A stretch of DNA of 64,000 bases from Epiperipatus broadwayi (GCA_028023455.1 JAQFVV010000007.1:14446001-14510000), one strand, 5' to 3'. Positions 1-13,196 are shown, counted from the stretch's first letter. The notes: generated by a model not told the origin, from the letters alone. Program-made: numbers and translations.

Positions 1-155
1 AGTCTGCTTTTGTTTTTAAGGCCCATGTGCAATCATATTAAAAAAATATTAAAAAAGAATTGTAAACAAATTCTAAATTATGCCAACAGATGTTTTTGTA
101 TATCAGAACACGATAAACTGTCATGTTCATTAATAAAATTTCTTTGATTTATGTT

Positions 156-613
156 GAAAGCACATATATTTTAGTTGTATTTTTATATTGGGCTATTTCC
201 ATCATCTAATATGAGTATTGAATGTCTTTAAAAAAATTTAACTTTATTTAAATATTCAAAATATTCAACTGTTAGTAATAGCACATCAAACAGATTAGTA
301 TATGCACAACATTTTGAGAGGTATTATTCTCCTCTCTTCGAGAGTTGCTCTTGAGTATTGAATTTTAAGTAACACTCTAACTAACTGAGTTATCCTGCCA
401 AAGGCAACAATCAGTAGAAATTTCATATACTTATCTATGAGGTTCCTTCTAATTTCTCCACTTTTTTTCCTAAGTACAAAGTTGGAATATTTAAAAAAAG
501 TTAAATTTTTCTAAAAACATTCAATACTCATATTAGATGTTGGAAATAGTCCAATATAAAAATACAACTAAAACACCATTATCACACACCTTCAAGAAAG
601 CACATATTTTATT
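156..613. mobile_element. Family A palindromic non-autonomous PLE-type element (degenerate HHR arm plus tRNA A-box remnant)
   Basis: Arms ~171-270 and ~482-575 are inverted. HHR stem II remnant GAGAGG/CCTCTC at ~305-340 (-). tRNA A-box remnant at 373-395. Direct repeat gaaagcacatatatttta at 156-173 and 596-613. Homologous to 38591-38955, 53570-53820 and 61590-62154. Confidence 0.8.
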
Positions 614-1756
614 CTTCTTTTAATATCCTTTCTAAGTTTGATATGCAGTAGTTCACATAGTAAATTTTTTTATAAGAGTAATTGTAATAAAAGTTTTACA
701 AAATTTTAGAACATACTTAAAGTTAATACTAATTTTAAAATATTAAAATAGTTAGAGAGATCAATTTATTGATAAAAAGACTAGTGTATTATGTTTCTAT
801 AAGAGAAAAAGTTATTTAAAAAAAATCATCCAGAGTTTATGTGTTTGCAAGAAAAATCAGGCATTTCACTGCTGGTTTTTTTTTTTTAAATTAAAAATAT
901 GATATTGAAAGATTTTTTCTTATTTTAATTTTTTCAATGAATGAAAAATATTTTTACAAGTGTACCATTAATTTACTATTAATAACTAATTTTAAATTGT
1001 ATGTACATACTATACATATCAAAAAGTGTTTGTATCATATATGTGTGTGTGTTGAAAAATACTGTATATTTGCAATTCAATAAACTATACATAATTTATT
1101 CTAATAAAATGTTTATCATTAAAATGTAAGTTAATTATGTACTATATACATTTCTATATGAAGGAGGCTTCAGATAAAGTAGAGTATACTTCATGTCTTT
1201 AAATTTGATAATCAATTGCCCAACATGCAGGCTGAAAGTTTTATCTCACTTGGAATTAATTTTGGAATCCCCATTTTTTGAATTGCCATTTTTTATTACT
1301 AAATTAATAGCACAAATTCAGTCAGTAATATTATTTATGTGAACAAATATAACAGGAAAGGTTTTAATAATGTAAGAGGTTCATTCTGATGTAGTTTTTA
1401 AATTGAACTTTTAGAATAAATTATATTTAGATATGGGGGTGAACAAAGGGTAGCTATTAAGATGATTATCTCCCATTGGTAAAAAAATGTAATTATTATT
1501 ATTGCATATATCAAGTTATTAGATAAGTAGTATCTCTCCATAATTTCTATCAATTGTTGCACTTTTTAGGCTTCTCAATGGCATATTTATTATGTGATAA
1601 AGTCCAGCAACACTCCTGCTAGCCATTTCCTTTTTCTTTCATGGTGAATCTTTTGATAATAATAAAAGAAAATAAGTTTAATTCTATTTTATGTTTCAAA
1701 AATGCTTTCATGATTTTTATATCTAAAGACCACATGAATATATTTCTTATATTTAA

Positions 1757-2357
1757 AACACTAAACCTCACATGATTACCATTTTCTATGCTTGCACAAG
1801 CTGTTAAAATAGTATATGATGTGATGTGATGTGATGCATCATGACTTCTCCTTATATGGAGTCAGGAATCTCTCAGCAACTATGCCCAGAGAAATCTGTT
1901 ACCCACTTTACATTTCCTTCCCATTCCCCACCCTAAGTTTTCCCATAATCTGCTCCATCCCATTTCCACAACATAATCTTTATCAACTCCATGGCCTTCA
2001 TATCTAAATCCCCCTTATATTTTCCCAAACCCAGCATAAAAACCAATAATCCACTTTCTATATAATCATTTTGTTCATATTTATTCTTCCATAACTTCAT
2101 TACTTAGTAAACTCTCCATAAAGTAGTGCCACCCAGTGTTAGACATTGCAATCAATGGATACAAGAAGGTTTTTGCATAAAATCTCTATCTAATTTCTAT
2201 TCTCTAATGAATGCCACAAGCTAAAAACTAGTCTGGAGTTACTGAATGAGTAGGCACTAGATAGAAACTTTATGCACCAACATTCTTGCATCCATAGATT
2301 ATTATGGCTCACCCTAGGTTGCACTACTGTATTGGAGAACTTGCTACTGTTTTGTAT
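1757..2357. mobile_element. Family C palindromic HHR element, degraded, with an unrelated insert at ~1815-2108
   Basis: Tail cacatgattaccattttctatgcttgcac at ~1765-1800. Inverted arms ~2109-2200 and ~2215-2355. HHR remnant taatgaatgccacaagctaaaaactagtctgg at ~2206-2240. Confidence 0.7.
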
Positions 2358-2783
2358 GTTTGTCAAGATGATAAATGTTATAATCATTTAAAGAAAAAGG
2401 ACCAATGAAATTTGGATAAATCTTGAAGACTGTCTGAGTACAATATTCTTAATCATATTTTTTAAGTCCTTTTCATTTCCATGGTATGCAAGAGGATACT
2501 AACTGAAGCAGGCAAATATATAATCTTTGCAACCTGAAACTCCTAATCCAAATTTACTTCCAAACTAATTCATTACTGATAGTATTGACTGGAATAAAAA
2601 TCATAACAAAGGACTACCAGCTTATTAAGTTTGTTTCTATTACTGCTTTCTTAATACTTGAAGAATTGAGATAAAAAAGAAATGAAAAAGAGAATTGCAA
2701 TCAGAATTGTCATGCATGCAGTTAAAATATAAAAATATAGATGCACAAACCATGATTTTAATTTTACAGTTAATATAAGGAGA

Positions 2784-2897
2784 TAAACCACTAGACATCA
2801 CATTATCAGCATTTTTTATGCTTGATCAAACTATTAAAACAGGCAAAACTCTCCATGCAGTATTACCACTCAGTGGCATCCATTGATTACTCTATCT
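2784..2897 (-). mobile_element. Family C 3' fragment
   Basis: aaaccactagacatcac...aaaacaggcaaaactctccatgcagt...gcatccattgattactct matches the family C arm. Confidence 0.65.
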
Positions 2898-3194
2898 TGA
2901 GTTAAAAAGTATCAGAGAGAAACAGAAAATACTGCTTATATCAAAAACAATATCTAGCCTTTGATGAATCAATATCTATTTTTACAAAGTAGAAGAAGGT
3001 ATGTACACATGGCCAGATATTGTTTATTTGGTATTCACAGTTAGCCCTTATCTGAAGGTTATTTCACTTTCTTCCATCTATACAACCCATCAGTAGCCTG
3101 ACTACAGTGTCTGGCAATTAAAAATATATAACATTTTAATATTAATATATCAGTATAAAATGGTTTCAAATACCAATTTTGACTCATCTATATT

Positions 3195-3480
3195 GTCATC
3201 ATTTTCAATCATTATCAATCCACTGCAGGATGAAGGGTTCTCAGGTTTAATCCATCTTCTCCAAACTTTAGCTTCTCTTCTTCACATTATCCCACACACT
3301 TTTTATTTCAGTCTCCATCTCACATGCGGTCCCTTTCTAGGTCTTTCACAATCTTTTGGAATTCAGTTTAAAATTTCAACTGTCCATTTATTAACATCTC
3401 TTTTAGCCAGCCCAACTCCATTTCAACCCCTTAATTCTTTCAATGATGTTGGTAATAACTGTTTGTTCTTTCACCCATGC
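3195..3480 (-). mobile_element. RTE/BovB-like LINE 3' fragment
   Basis: atcattatcaatccactgcaggatgaagg is nearly identical to the 3' end of the RTE at 58170-58200. The listed ORF 3160-3486 is its antisense. Confidence 0.75.
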
Positions 3481-3498
3481 ATTTAATATAGATATTTA

Positions 3499-3759
3499 AC
3501 ATTTATATATTAATATTGAAATACAATTATAGTATATATATATATAAACTATATGTAATAAAAGGGGATTTGAACCTAAACTTTCAAGATCGTTACAGTC
3601 ATACACTTTATTATATATGACTGATACATATGGATTTGAATCCACTATATCCAATATAACTGATACACGTCATGTGTATTGGCTATATTGGATAGAGGGA
3701 ATGACTGTAGGGAGCTTGAAACTCTGGATTCAAATCCCCTTTAATTACATTTATATATT
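3499..3759. mobile_element. Family D collapsed palindrome (HHR lost)
   Basis: Inverted termini ggggatttgaacctaaactttcaag and cttgaaactctggattcaaatcccc. Flanking direct repeat acatttatatatt at 3499-3511 and 3747-3759. Confidence 0.7.
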
Positions 3760-4039
3760 TAATATATATATATATCCTTATTTAATTTTCAGTTTAATAT
3801 TTATTATTAGTATATTCAATATAGACACCATTTTCCCCTGTTTTTTCTTCATTAATCTAAAATCGGTTTCACATAGCTAAGAAGTATATCTGCATAGATA
3901 ATAAGAATTTTGGCCGATTATACTTTTTTAGATATATCAACTTTGATCGAGCAGTTGTGCAGTATAGTTTGGTGCATAGGTGTAGTCATAGATTCTCTGG
4001 AAAAGCGGTCGGCAACTTTTTAGATATTACGGAGTCTAG

Positions 4040-4200
4040 AACAATCCAGCTCTGTTACTCCAGATGCCTCAAACTTCTTAAATTAATTCTTGATTAATAA
4101 ATCAATAAATATTTAGGTTTGGTGCAATGAACAACTGACATCTTGGAATTCAAAGTTCATTAGTCACCGCCAAGCTTTGTCAATTCCATTGCTCAAACTT
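4040..4200 (+). repeat. Dispersed degraded copies of the tRNA-derived satellite unit (family E)
   Basis: ccagctctgttactccagatgcctcaaacttctta and gacatcttggaattcaaagttcattagtcaccgccaagctttgtca match the reverse complement of the 14.8-17.0 kb unit. Confidence 0.55.
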
Positions 4201-5413
4201 ATTACAAATTGCGGAACAATAAACTATTTGTTTATTACTAACTTAGTATTATTTTATATAATAGTGATTAAAATCGAATGCTTTAATGATTTGGAGTTCG
4301 TAACAAATTCGAGCAACAAATTGGAAATTCCAGAGCTTGAATCGTTCCGAGAATCTTATGTTCCAGAGTGTAAGTCTTTATCCCTGCCATAAATTTATGC
4401 AGGACACAACTGCAATAATTAAAGAGTAAAAATTATATGTTTATATATACATTCTGTAGAACAATCTTTGAGTTAATCGTGATCATATTCTGTAAATAAT
4501 GAAAATCAAAAATCAAACCTTAGGTTTCTAAACTCTAATCAAGACTGCGAGGTAAGAAGAATGAAGAGATTTCACCTAGCAGCGTCAGAGATGGAGAAGA
4601 TATTCCTCTGATCAGTGATTAACAATCGTGTACTGATGAGTCATTACGTAACTATCTGAAAAATAAGATTATCAGAAGCTAACTTGCAGATACAATTGTA
4701 TTAAACGCTTAATAAATGCTTTTAAATGTTGTATTGACAGCAACTAAAGAGATTTAAATTTCTGCAGGACATAATTTACTCATTTGAACTAAGTGTATAA
4801 TTAACACTGGAGATCAATTACAAAAGTAAAATCACTTGGCAAATGATATTTAGATTAATAGAAAAGAGTTAATAATCATATGAGCAATAAAATAAAAAAT
4901 CTCCGTAAAATGTGTAAAAGTTGTTAGTATCTGTTAATATATATATATAATCAAAGATAAAAACAGTAGTTATTTTGTTTGTTTTTTTTAATTGTAATAT
5001 ACTTGAGGGTAGAAATCTTTCCCGCAGATTTTCACTGAAAAATATGAGGCGGAACAATAATACACTAATCAACTATTGTGTGATTAGCATTGTGGTTGTT
5101 CTTTCTTGTCTCACCTTATATCTAAATATATTTATATGCCTGTATCATATACTAATAAAATAAATATTTCTATTACAAGTTTGTTATTGTTGTTTTTCTT
5201 AGAGCATTTTCGTTTCAACTCCACGATATTGCAAACTTGCATCAACAGAGACTTATATTACACTCATTTTAAATATAACTTTTTACTTTTAACATACACT
5301 TTATTGTTGAAATAAGCGATTACACAGGTTATATATTTACACATATATTACTTATTGCATATCTACATATTATATTTTAGTTTGTATTGAGATTAGTATT
5401 GCATATATATATA

Positions 5414-5490
5414 TCATTAAAAGCCAGTCAATACTTAGACAATCCCAGTATCAACAACAATCAACAATTTTAAACTGTTGTCAAGGAAAT
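5414..5490 (+). repeat. Family B arm fragment
   Basis: tcattaaaagccagtcaatacttagacaatccc...aactgttgtcaagg matches the arms of 55119-55550. Confidence 0.7.
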
Positions 5491-6797
5491 CTTTATATAT
5501 ATATATACAATACTAACCTCAATACAAACATATATATATATGATTCAAGGAGAAATCTATACAAGTAGAGGAGAGTTCATTAGGATGTGAGCTATACTGT
5601 TAAAATTAACTAGTTTTATTGATTAGTTTTTAATTGGGTAGTTGATTAATTATACATAAATTTTAAAATAATGAAACTTATATGATTATGCTTAATGAAA
5701 ATTGAATATTAAAGCAAAGATCATATCCTATGTTTTAATGACCAGTGATTACAGTGGTGTAGGTAAGGTTATTAAGCTCCATGTGGCTGCATATATATCG
5801 GAGGAGGGGGGTTAAGGGTTTGATCTCTATTTTCAATTTTTTTGTAAAAATGTGATTATGATGAAATAATGTCAAAGTACTGAAACCCTCAGTAAGCCAT
5901 ATGTAAACTAACATTTTATAATTGTCTTGAAATTATGTTATTTTATATAAATCACATTCTGTATGTACATAAGTATGTCAGTAAATGATATGCTTATACA
6001 TGATCAAAGCTAAAGGTAGATGGGGTCACACTGCATTTTATGTTTTACTAATACATATATAGCTAGCTGGGTTTTTCAGTACTTCCGCATTAATTACTCT
6101 CTCATTTTACGTAAATAAAATTTAAATAAAAATAACCAAAACCTAGAGATGCTACCTAAGCAAGACTTATATGTCAATAAATGCATAAAATAGAGTGAAG
6201 ACCAATTCCTTGAGCTCTCAGTAGTTTTAAGTACTCATTCATTGATGTTAAGTAATTGAGCATGAAATGTGTATATTATCATAATCATTTCTGAAATTAA
6301 AACTTAATATTTAGAGGATAAAGATAATGCCTTATTTCTATCAATCTAATAATATTAGATCATCCCTATATTTTTGCATTTATTGACATAAGATGTAGTT
6401 TATACACAATTTCTGAAGGCTTGGATTACTTTTGTTTAAATTTCTTTTACATTAAACTGTGCATATTTATATATGTGTATCTATATACATATATTTTTAT
6501 ACTATATGTGATGTTTTTACGGTTGAACGATGTAGATAAATTGTTTTTTGGGTTGAACAGTGGATTATTTTCCATTACATACCGATATTTTGACGAACTA
6601 GCTTTCGCCATTGTCAAGGTGAACTTTTGAACGAAAAATCGTTAGATCTCAAATAATAACTCAAACAGTAACGTGACTATATATTTTTATATTCATACAC
6701 ATACTTTCCATATATGTGTGCCACACATATGTATTGAAATAATTAAAAAACTCAAATGGAGATGAGCTGACCGACCTATTGTTGCAAGAGATAAGAA

Positions 6798-6982
6798 TAG
6801 ATAGACATTTACATGATCACTGTTTCTTATGCTTGCTCATAACTGTTTTTAAACAAGCAAAACTCTCCATACAGTAGTGCCATTCAGTGCAAACCACAGT
6901 GCCTTCTGGCATCCATTGATTACTCTGGCTTACACTGAGTGTCACTACTGTATGGAGAGTTTTGCCTGTTAGATAGATATTT
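6798..6982. mobile_element. Family C collapsed palindrome (HHR deleted)
   Basis: Tail at 6811-6850, then inverted arms aaaactctccatacagtagtg and cactactgtatggagagtttt. Flanked by tagataga(c/t)attt at 6798-6810 and 6970-6982. Confidence 0.8.
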
Positions 6983-7249
6983 TAAGTTTAAAACTGTCTA
7001 CTAAGAGATTGTAACAAACTTTAGAAAAAGATCACATGTGGCATGTATAATAAAATAAAGAAGTTTGATGGTGGGGTGTGAAGAGAAAAGAGTATATATT
7101 GTAGAAAGTGGTTCATACTTGCAGAGATTTTCATTCTGCATTAGATTGATATTACTGGTAATAATAATGATGATTCTATATATAATTTAATATTTGTGTC
7201 CATAAAATAATGATGATTATATATATAATTTAATATTTGTGTCCATAAA

Positions 7250-7540
7250 TTTACATTTGCACAGGGATATTTTAACGTACATTCACACACACATAAAGAT
7301 ATGTTTATATTCTCTCATGCATTTTGATAATATTTGTACACATATATTTACATTCACACAGGGATATTTATAATAACGTATACATAGATAAATATAAGTT
7401 TATTTTCCCGCATATATTTTGACAATATTGCTATCCTTATGTTTACATTGACACAGGGATATTTATATTAACATACATTTGCACAAAGAGAAATTTATGC
7501 TTATATGCTGAATGTATTTTGACAATTTTCAAGGCACCAA
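7250..7540. repeat. Degenerate ~90-95 bp minisatellite
   Basis: Recurring acatt(c/g)acacagggatattt ... attttgacaat units. Preceded by a ~43-bp duplication at ~7165-7250. Confidence 0.55.
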
Positions 7541-7825
7541 AAAAGACATTTTTTCTTTCTTTGCTTTCCGAATTTTGTGTATAATCTCACTATAATTCTT
7601 TTAATATCATTTATTATCATTGAATAACTTTAAAAAAGATTATTATTTTTATCTAAGTGCAATAAAATTTGCAGTAATAAAATTACTGATTCTTCAGATA
7701 TCAAAAAGAAACAACACTTATTATTTGACATTTAATTTTTGAATGATTTTAATGAAAAATATTACAAACATGCTTGGTACATTTGGTCAGACTTTTATCC
7801 ACATATTTATTTTCTTCTTTCTCAA

Positions 7826-7842
7826 CATCATCATCATCATCA

Positions 7843-7880
<38 letters not shown>

Positions 7881-8110
7881 GTTGTTGTTGTTATTGTTGT
7901 TGTTGTTACTAATATGTTTCAAAAGGCACTTTGTTAACTCAAAGAAATTTTAAATTGTTTGCATTTGTTTTTACATAAGTTTGCATTGAATTATTTGGTA
8001 TTATTACATATATTAATTTATGGAATTACATATATTATTGGGGGGTATTATTATTATTATTATTATTGTTGTTGTTGTTGTTGTTATCATCATCATCATC
8101 ATCATTATTA
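7826..8110. repeat. Compound trinucleotide microsatellites (ATC/ATT/GTT)
   Basis: Visible runs at 7826-7910 and 8048-8110. They create the spurious poly-Ile/Tyr/Cys/His ORFs. Confidence 0.95.
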
Positions 8111-10740
8111 TTCAACAATAATCTTTATTAATACTTTGGGTTATGTAGCATTACATAACACTGATTGTAAGGGTTACAGGTGCAATCATATTGTAAAGAT
8201 TTTTATATAGATTATTTTTAAGGTTAACATTAATCAGGTTTCATGGTATATTTTTTTACAAATGCTACTATTAGTTTTGGATACACAGAGGGATATCAAG
8301 TTTAAAGCTATAGCAAGGTTTGATGAAGCAAAAATTCTTATTCATAAGTTCCAATGCAAAAACAAACATTTAACTCAGTTATATAACCAGAACAACATGG
8401 TTTTTAGGCTGAGAAAAATCACACCAAATCTATCAGCACTAATGAAAACCACAGTAAATTATACAAAATTTCCTATTTCATATGCTTATGGTATCCCATA
8501 CTATTGAAAGATAATTCAGTCCTCTCTGGTACTAATGTTGATGAGGAACTTCTGAAATACTTGAAAGATTCCCTTAAAAAATATCAGGACACATCACAGA
8601 TATCAACAAGTGAAACAAACATCACACAAAATTACTACATATCAAAACAACAAGTTTGTGGTGAAATAGTGTATCTAAAACAAACTAGCTTGCTGGCAAA
8701 TGATCTCATTCCAGCCAATATTTACAAGCAAATGGACTACATTATATCACCATTACTACAGAAATACTATAATCAACTTTGTTCTAAGGAATATCACAAC
8801 TTATCAACAAATATAATATTTTGTCTAAGAAAAAACTCAAAAAATCTACATCCAACAGTAAATGATTTGCACTTCATTACATTAGAAGACATTGATCAGA
8901 AAATGTTTGCTAGAATCATACTGAAATAGTTGAATATTTATGCTTTACCTAAGATTTCATCTTCCCACTTTGCCATAAAAGGGCAAAAAGCATCTCAAAC
9001 AATATTATTGGCACAAGAAACAATATACTATATTAAACAAAACAAACTAACAAACTATGTGGTATGCCAGGTAGACTTTAAGTCAGCCTTTGACCTCATA
9101 AAGTACTAAGTCAAATGCTATCAAGTCATACGCACCTTATAACAGCAATAAAAAATTACCTTAACAATAGAACAATAAAAATTACATGAGACTCTTTCAA
9201 CCTTTTAACCCAAACAGAGACATCTCACAAGGCTCTCCACTAGCATTTTTACTATTTGCAATATATATATAGACCCCATGATTAAGGACATTGAGAAATG
9301 CATAGAAGGTATTTTTCTTCCTCACTTTGGAACAACCATCAAAATCATATCATATGTCGATGATGTCTTGATAATATTCAGGGACCTGCAAAATATATCT
9401 CTGAAACTTCATAAAATGATGAAATTTGAAACTCTACCAGGTTCCACAATACAAATAAACAAATCAATCTTAAGGCAAATAGCTACTGGTTGCAGTCTTC
9501 CCTCACTCTTCACAGGCACATATTCTTCATTTCTAGGCATACCTATTAACCTATCAAAAACACAACTAAGTTATCACTTAAATCTTCTCATCACAGACAA
9601 ATTTAACACAAAGATAAAGTGCTTCAATACAAAATTGTTCTACCCTATAATAAAGGTTCACATCATCAATGCCATTCTAGGAGGCATACATACCTACTAC
9701 AGCTCATGGATGCATCTCCAAAAAAACTATTAAGAACATTATGAGAATAGCAAAAGCATATATATGGGGATCAACAACACATCTTCTATCAATCAAAAAT
9801 GCCTCTTTCCCAATATGCAAGGGAGGGCTTAACCTAATAGGTCCACAATCATTCACATCATACATTAGAGCTAAGATATACATTATGACCACAACTAACC
9901 CTTTCCTGAAGACAACTACTCCACCTCTACTTCTTCTTGCCATTACTCCATATACAAATCATCACTTTTTCACTGATCATGCCAATGAGCATGCTGATTT
10001 ACTGGACAATTGTAACATTAATACTTTAATCGGTCTATCATACAAAGATCTAAAAAATATATACTCTGATAGGCAACTTTGGTCAACAATATCAACTGCC
10101 AGAACACTGACTAAATTTCAAAACTTGTGTGTGCCTCCATCATGACTAAAATTTCTACATAATCTGCCACTTGATACAATACCAACAAAGCTATTTCTCA
10201 TAAACTGCTTTAAATTAAACTTAGATCGTACTTGCACATTATGTAATGTACTCCCAGAAAATACAATTCATATCTTTGAGACATGTCCATATTTTTCACC
10301 TTTATGTCACTTCGTATTCCACAAAGTCACAACACAATTAATTTAAAAAACACTCATAAACAATATAAAAATTAAAACCATTCAATGCCTTAGTAACCAT
10401 TCACACTCTCAGAACAATGTGGCTTGCCCACTGTGTTATAATCATTGACAACAAAAAATACAATATACTAAAAAAAATAACAAAGATTGGCTTAACATAT
10501 ATCTATATGCTCAAAAATACATACCCAGATATGTCACACAAAAAAATGGCAAGGCAATATATTCCTGAGCTGCTCATTAATGCAATAACAGAAATCATTT
10601 CATTAGAATACACTGTATTCTAAAAACAACCAAAGAAAAGTAAAAAGAAAAAAAATTAACAAAAAAATGTAAAAAGTTCTTAATGTTTACATTCTTGTAA
10701 ATAATTTGTTTCTAATAAAGTCCACTTATACAAAAAAAAA
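8110..10740 (+). mobile_element. 5'-truncated, frameshifted L1/Tx1-clade LINE (ORF2 relic)
   Basis: RT motifs DFKSAFD (~9075), ISQGSPLAFLLF (~9225) and SYVDD (ORF 9278-9733). YIW...KGGLNL in ORF 9741. C-terminal CTLCNVLPENTIHIFETC knuckle at 10233-10286. AATAAA at 10714-10719 and A9 tail at 10732-10740. Confidence 0.9.
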
Positions 10741-10899
10741 GTTTAATCATTAATGTTTTAAAAGACAGTTCAATATAAAAATCAACTTCATACATAGATA
10801 GATATGACTTCAGATTTTAAAATCTGGCATAATTTTGGTAAGTTATTTACAATCACTAAATTAATCTTGATAATTGTTCTTTTGATTGTTAATCTTGGA

Positions 10900-12440
10900 G
10901 TGCAACAAGGAGATAATTTATAATCCAATCTATAGGTGCTGTATAAATTTAACAAGTCAATTCATAGTAGAATTATATATAGTGACAGCTGGTGGATTGC
11001 AATAGATGAGGTATAAATTTTATAGTCTAGAAGTGGATGGTGTTTAAGGCAGTTAGTAAAGGTGAACTATGTTGAGAGCAATGGGTAGTTCCATTGGATT
11101 CTAATTAATGTGGTTATTGTTGGAGTATGATCTTGTATAGATTGGATAATTGTTTTAGTAGTGATCAGTTAGCAGCAAAAATTTATGGTGATGTAGTATT
11201 ATTGTCCTGGACCTTGATTTGTTGGAGATTATTGATGAATGTAGCTGGATGTTTTCTGATATTGTTGCCAATGGTGAAGATGCAGATGCAGTGAGTTCAC
11301 CAGAAGGCATACACAATCAAAACTGCTGTGCATGCTGTGGGGGTGGGGTGTATCTTCTGATAGGATTGAATTAACTATTGTAGATGCAACTGATTGTCTG
11401 TATGTATTTAACATGATAGTCCTGATTTGGTTGAGAACTTGACATTTCTGGAAAAGATATTGTTGAGTTTCCTCTGCCAAATAAGATAAGATGTAGAATA
11501 GATTTATATTTTTATATAGATAGTGATACTGAAGAAAATGAGATGTCAGCAATGCATGTAGGTTATGACAAACTAAGAAATTGAAACATTTATGCTCCAG
11601 GAACCATCTTTTAAAGGAGTGGAGAAGCAGGCAGTTATTAATATGAAGCATAGAAAAAGGAAAATCTTTGTTGGCTTCCAGATATAGTATAGCATATGTT
11701 TGTCACTATGTGTATTTATTAGTGGTAAATATTGATTGGTTGAATACTGATAGGATTGATTGGTAAAGTGTGGTGAGAAATAAAGCTGATAGAGTGGGAG
11801 GTTTAACAGTAGGGATTACTTGTAACAATAATCATAGTGCTGGGAACTTTTGAACAATTGTTGCAATTAAATTTATGGCATTTTGGATAGAGAACATTGG
11901 GTTTCTGTGGAGGCCCAGACCATTATTAATGGGTGGGCAACTAAGTCTCTTAGCTAATATTGAAACTGTCTTCCTGCCCCATAATAGCTTGTTATGGAGG
12001 GAGGAGATGGCAGAATTAAATGATTTTGAAAATTTAACAATATGCAAATAATATGTTATCTTAGTCATTTTAAGTATATTTAATAGGTGAATTTTATCAT
12101 TAAAGGAAGAAATAATCTTTGGAGAGGGAGTTGGTAATCCATGTTTCATTTTCTTTAAGCTTGTTTTGTAAAGATATTCTTCATCGTAAATAAAACATGT
12201 AAAATAAAAAGCCTAAGAAAGGGGTTGCCTTTCTCTGGAATATTTGAGTGTATGGTTTGTTGGCAGTATATTGATTGGGGATGCTTTGCAATATTGGGGA
12301 AGCTTACAAGTTTGCAGGAAGGCAGTGGCATCATCCATGTATGCTATGCATATGATGAATTGGTGTGTATGTATAATTTGGATGACTGAAAATTTCTATT
12401 GTATATGCTTTATTAGAGATTTATGTAGAAAATAAAGAAC
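10900..12440 (-). mobile_element. Second degraded L1-like LINE 3' half, tail-to-tail with the first
   Basis: ORF 11832-12149 contains LLWGRKTVSILAKRLSCPPINNGLGL, the L1-type post-RT W...P...GGLGL motif. IWKPTKIFL at ~11660-11690 resembles zf-RVT. Confidence 0.7.
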
Positions 12441-13047
12441 AGTGCAGTAAGAGTTGTTGTTGTTATTATTTTAACCAGCAACCCATTATTTATTTTAAAC
12501 ATTTTATGCGACTATTTTAAAAATTGAGAAAATAATAATCGAATCCCGCATGTATTACATATATAAATGCAGGTTTAAGCCTGTACAATGTATTAATGTA
12601 TAAATGATTTTCAAATATTAATCTTAACCAGATCATAATTGATTCAATATTTTTTAAAACTCTTTGTAGATATCAAAATGTTACTTTGGCGCATTTGTAA
12701 AGAACATTAAAATTAACGTTAATGGTTTGGCAAGAAAAAAAAACTTAGACAGTTAGTTATGGATTGATTGTATTTAATAATAATGAAAACTTTTTTATTT
12801 ATAATTAACTGTTTTTTTTATTATATTAATATTTTAGGTTTGAAATTTCACGTGTTTATATTTGTTATGCTTTATCATCGGAGAATATTTGCTTTATTAA
12901 ATTAAATTATTATTATTATTATTTACTAATCGATGTTTATATTTGCTTATAATGGGTGGATCAAATAAGAAAGTATGTTGATGTGTATGGAAATGAGAGA
13001 ATGTAATTCAGAAAGTCGGATTAAGGTTGGAAAAATCTTTATCTTGA

Positions 13048-13196
13048 AATGAATTGAAATGTTTGGAAATAATGATGATTGTGCTAAGTTATAGTTGGAA
13101 TTAAAATTAAATTTAAATTGTAAATGAATTGAAATGTTTGGAAATAATGATGATTGTGCTAAGTTATAGTTGGAATTAAAATTAAATTTAAATTGT
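13048..13196. repeat. Tandem duplication of ~75 bp
   Basis: aatgaattgaaatgtttggaaataatgatgattgtgctaagttatagttggaattaaaattaaatttaaattg occurs twice. Confidence 0.9.

Noticed and set aside
4633-4662. CTGATGAGTC...GAAA as a hammerhead
   Set aside because: No stem II closes next to GAAA, and there is no stem I/III pairing or NUH site.
12478-12960. Possible MITE with acccattat/ataatgggt ends
   Set aside because: Only a 9-bp inverted match, with no TSD or second copy in the window.
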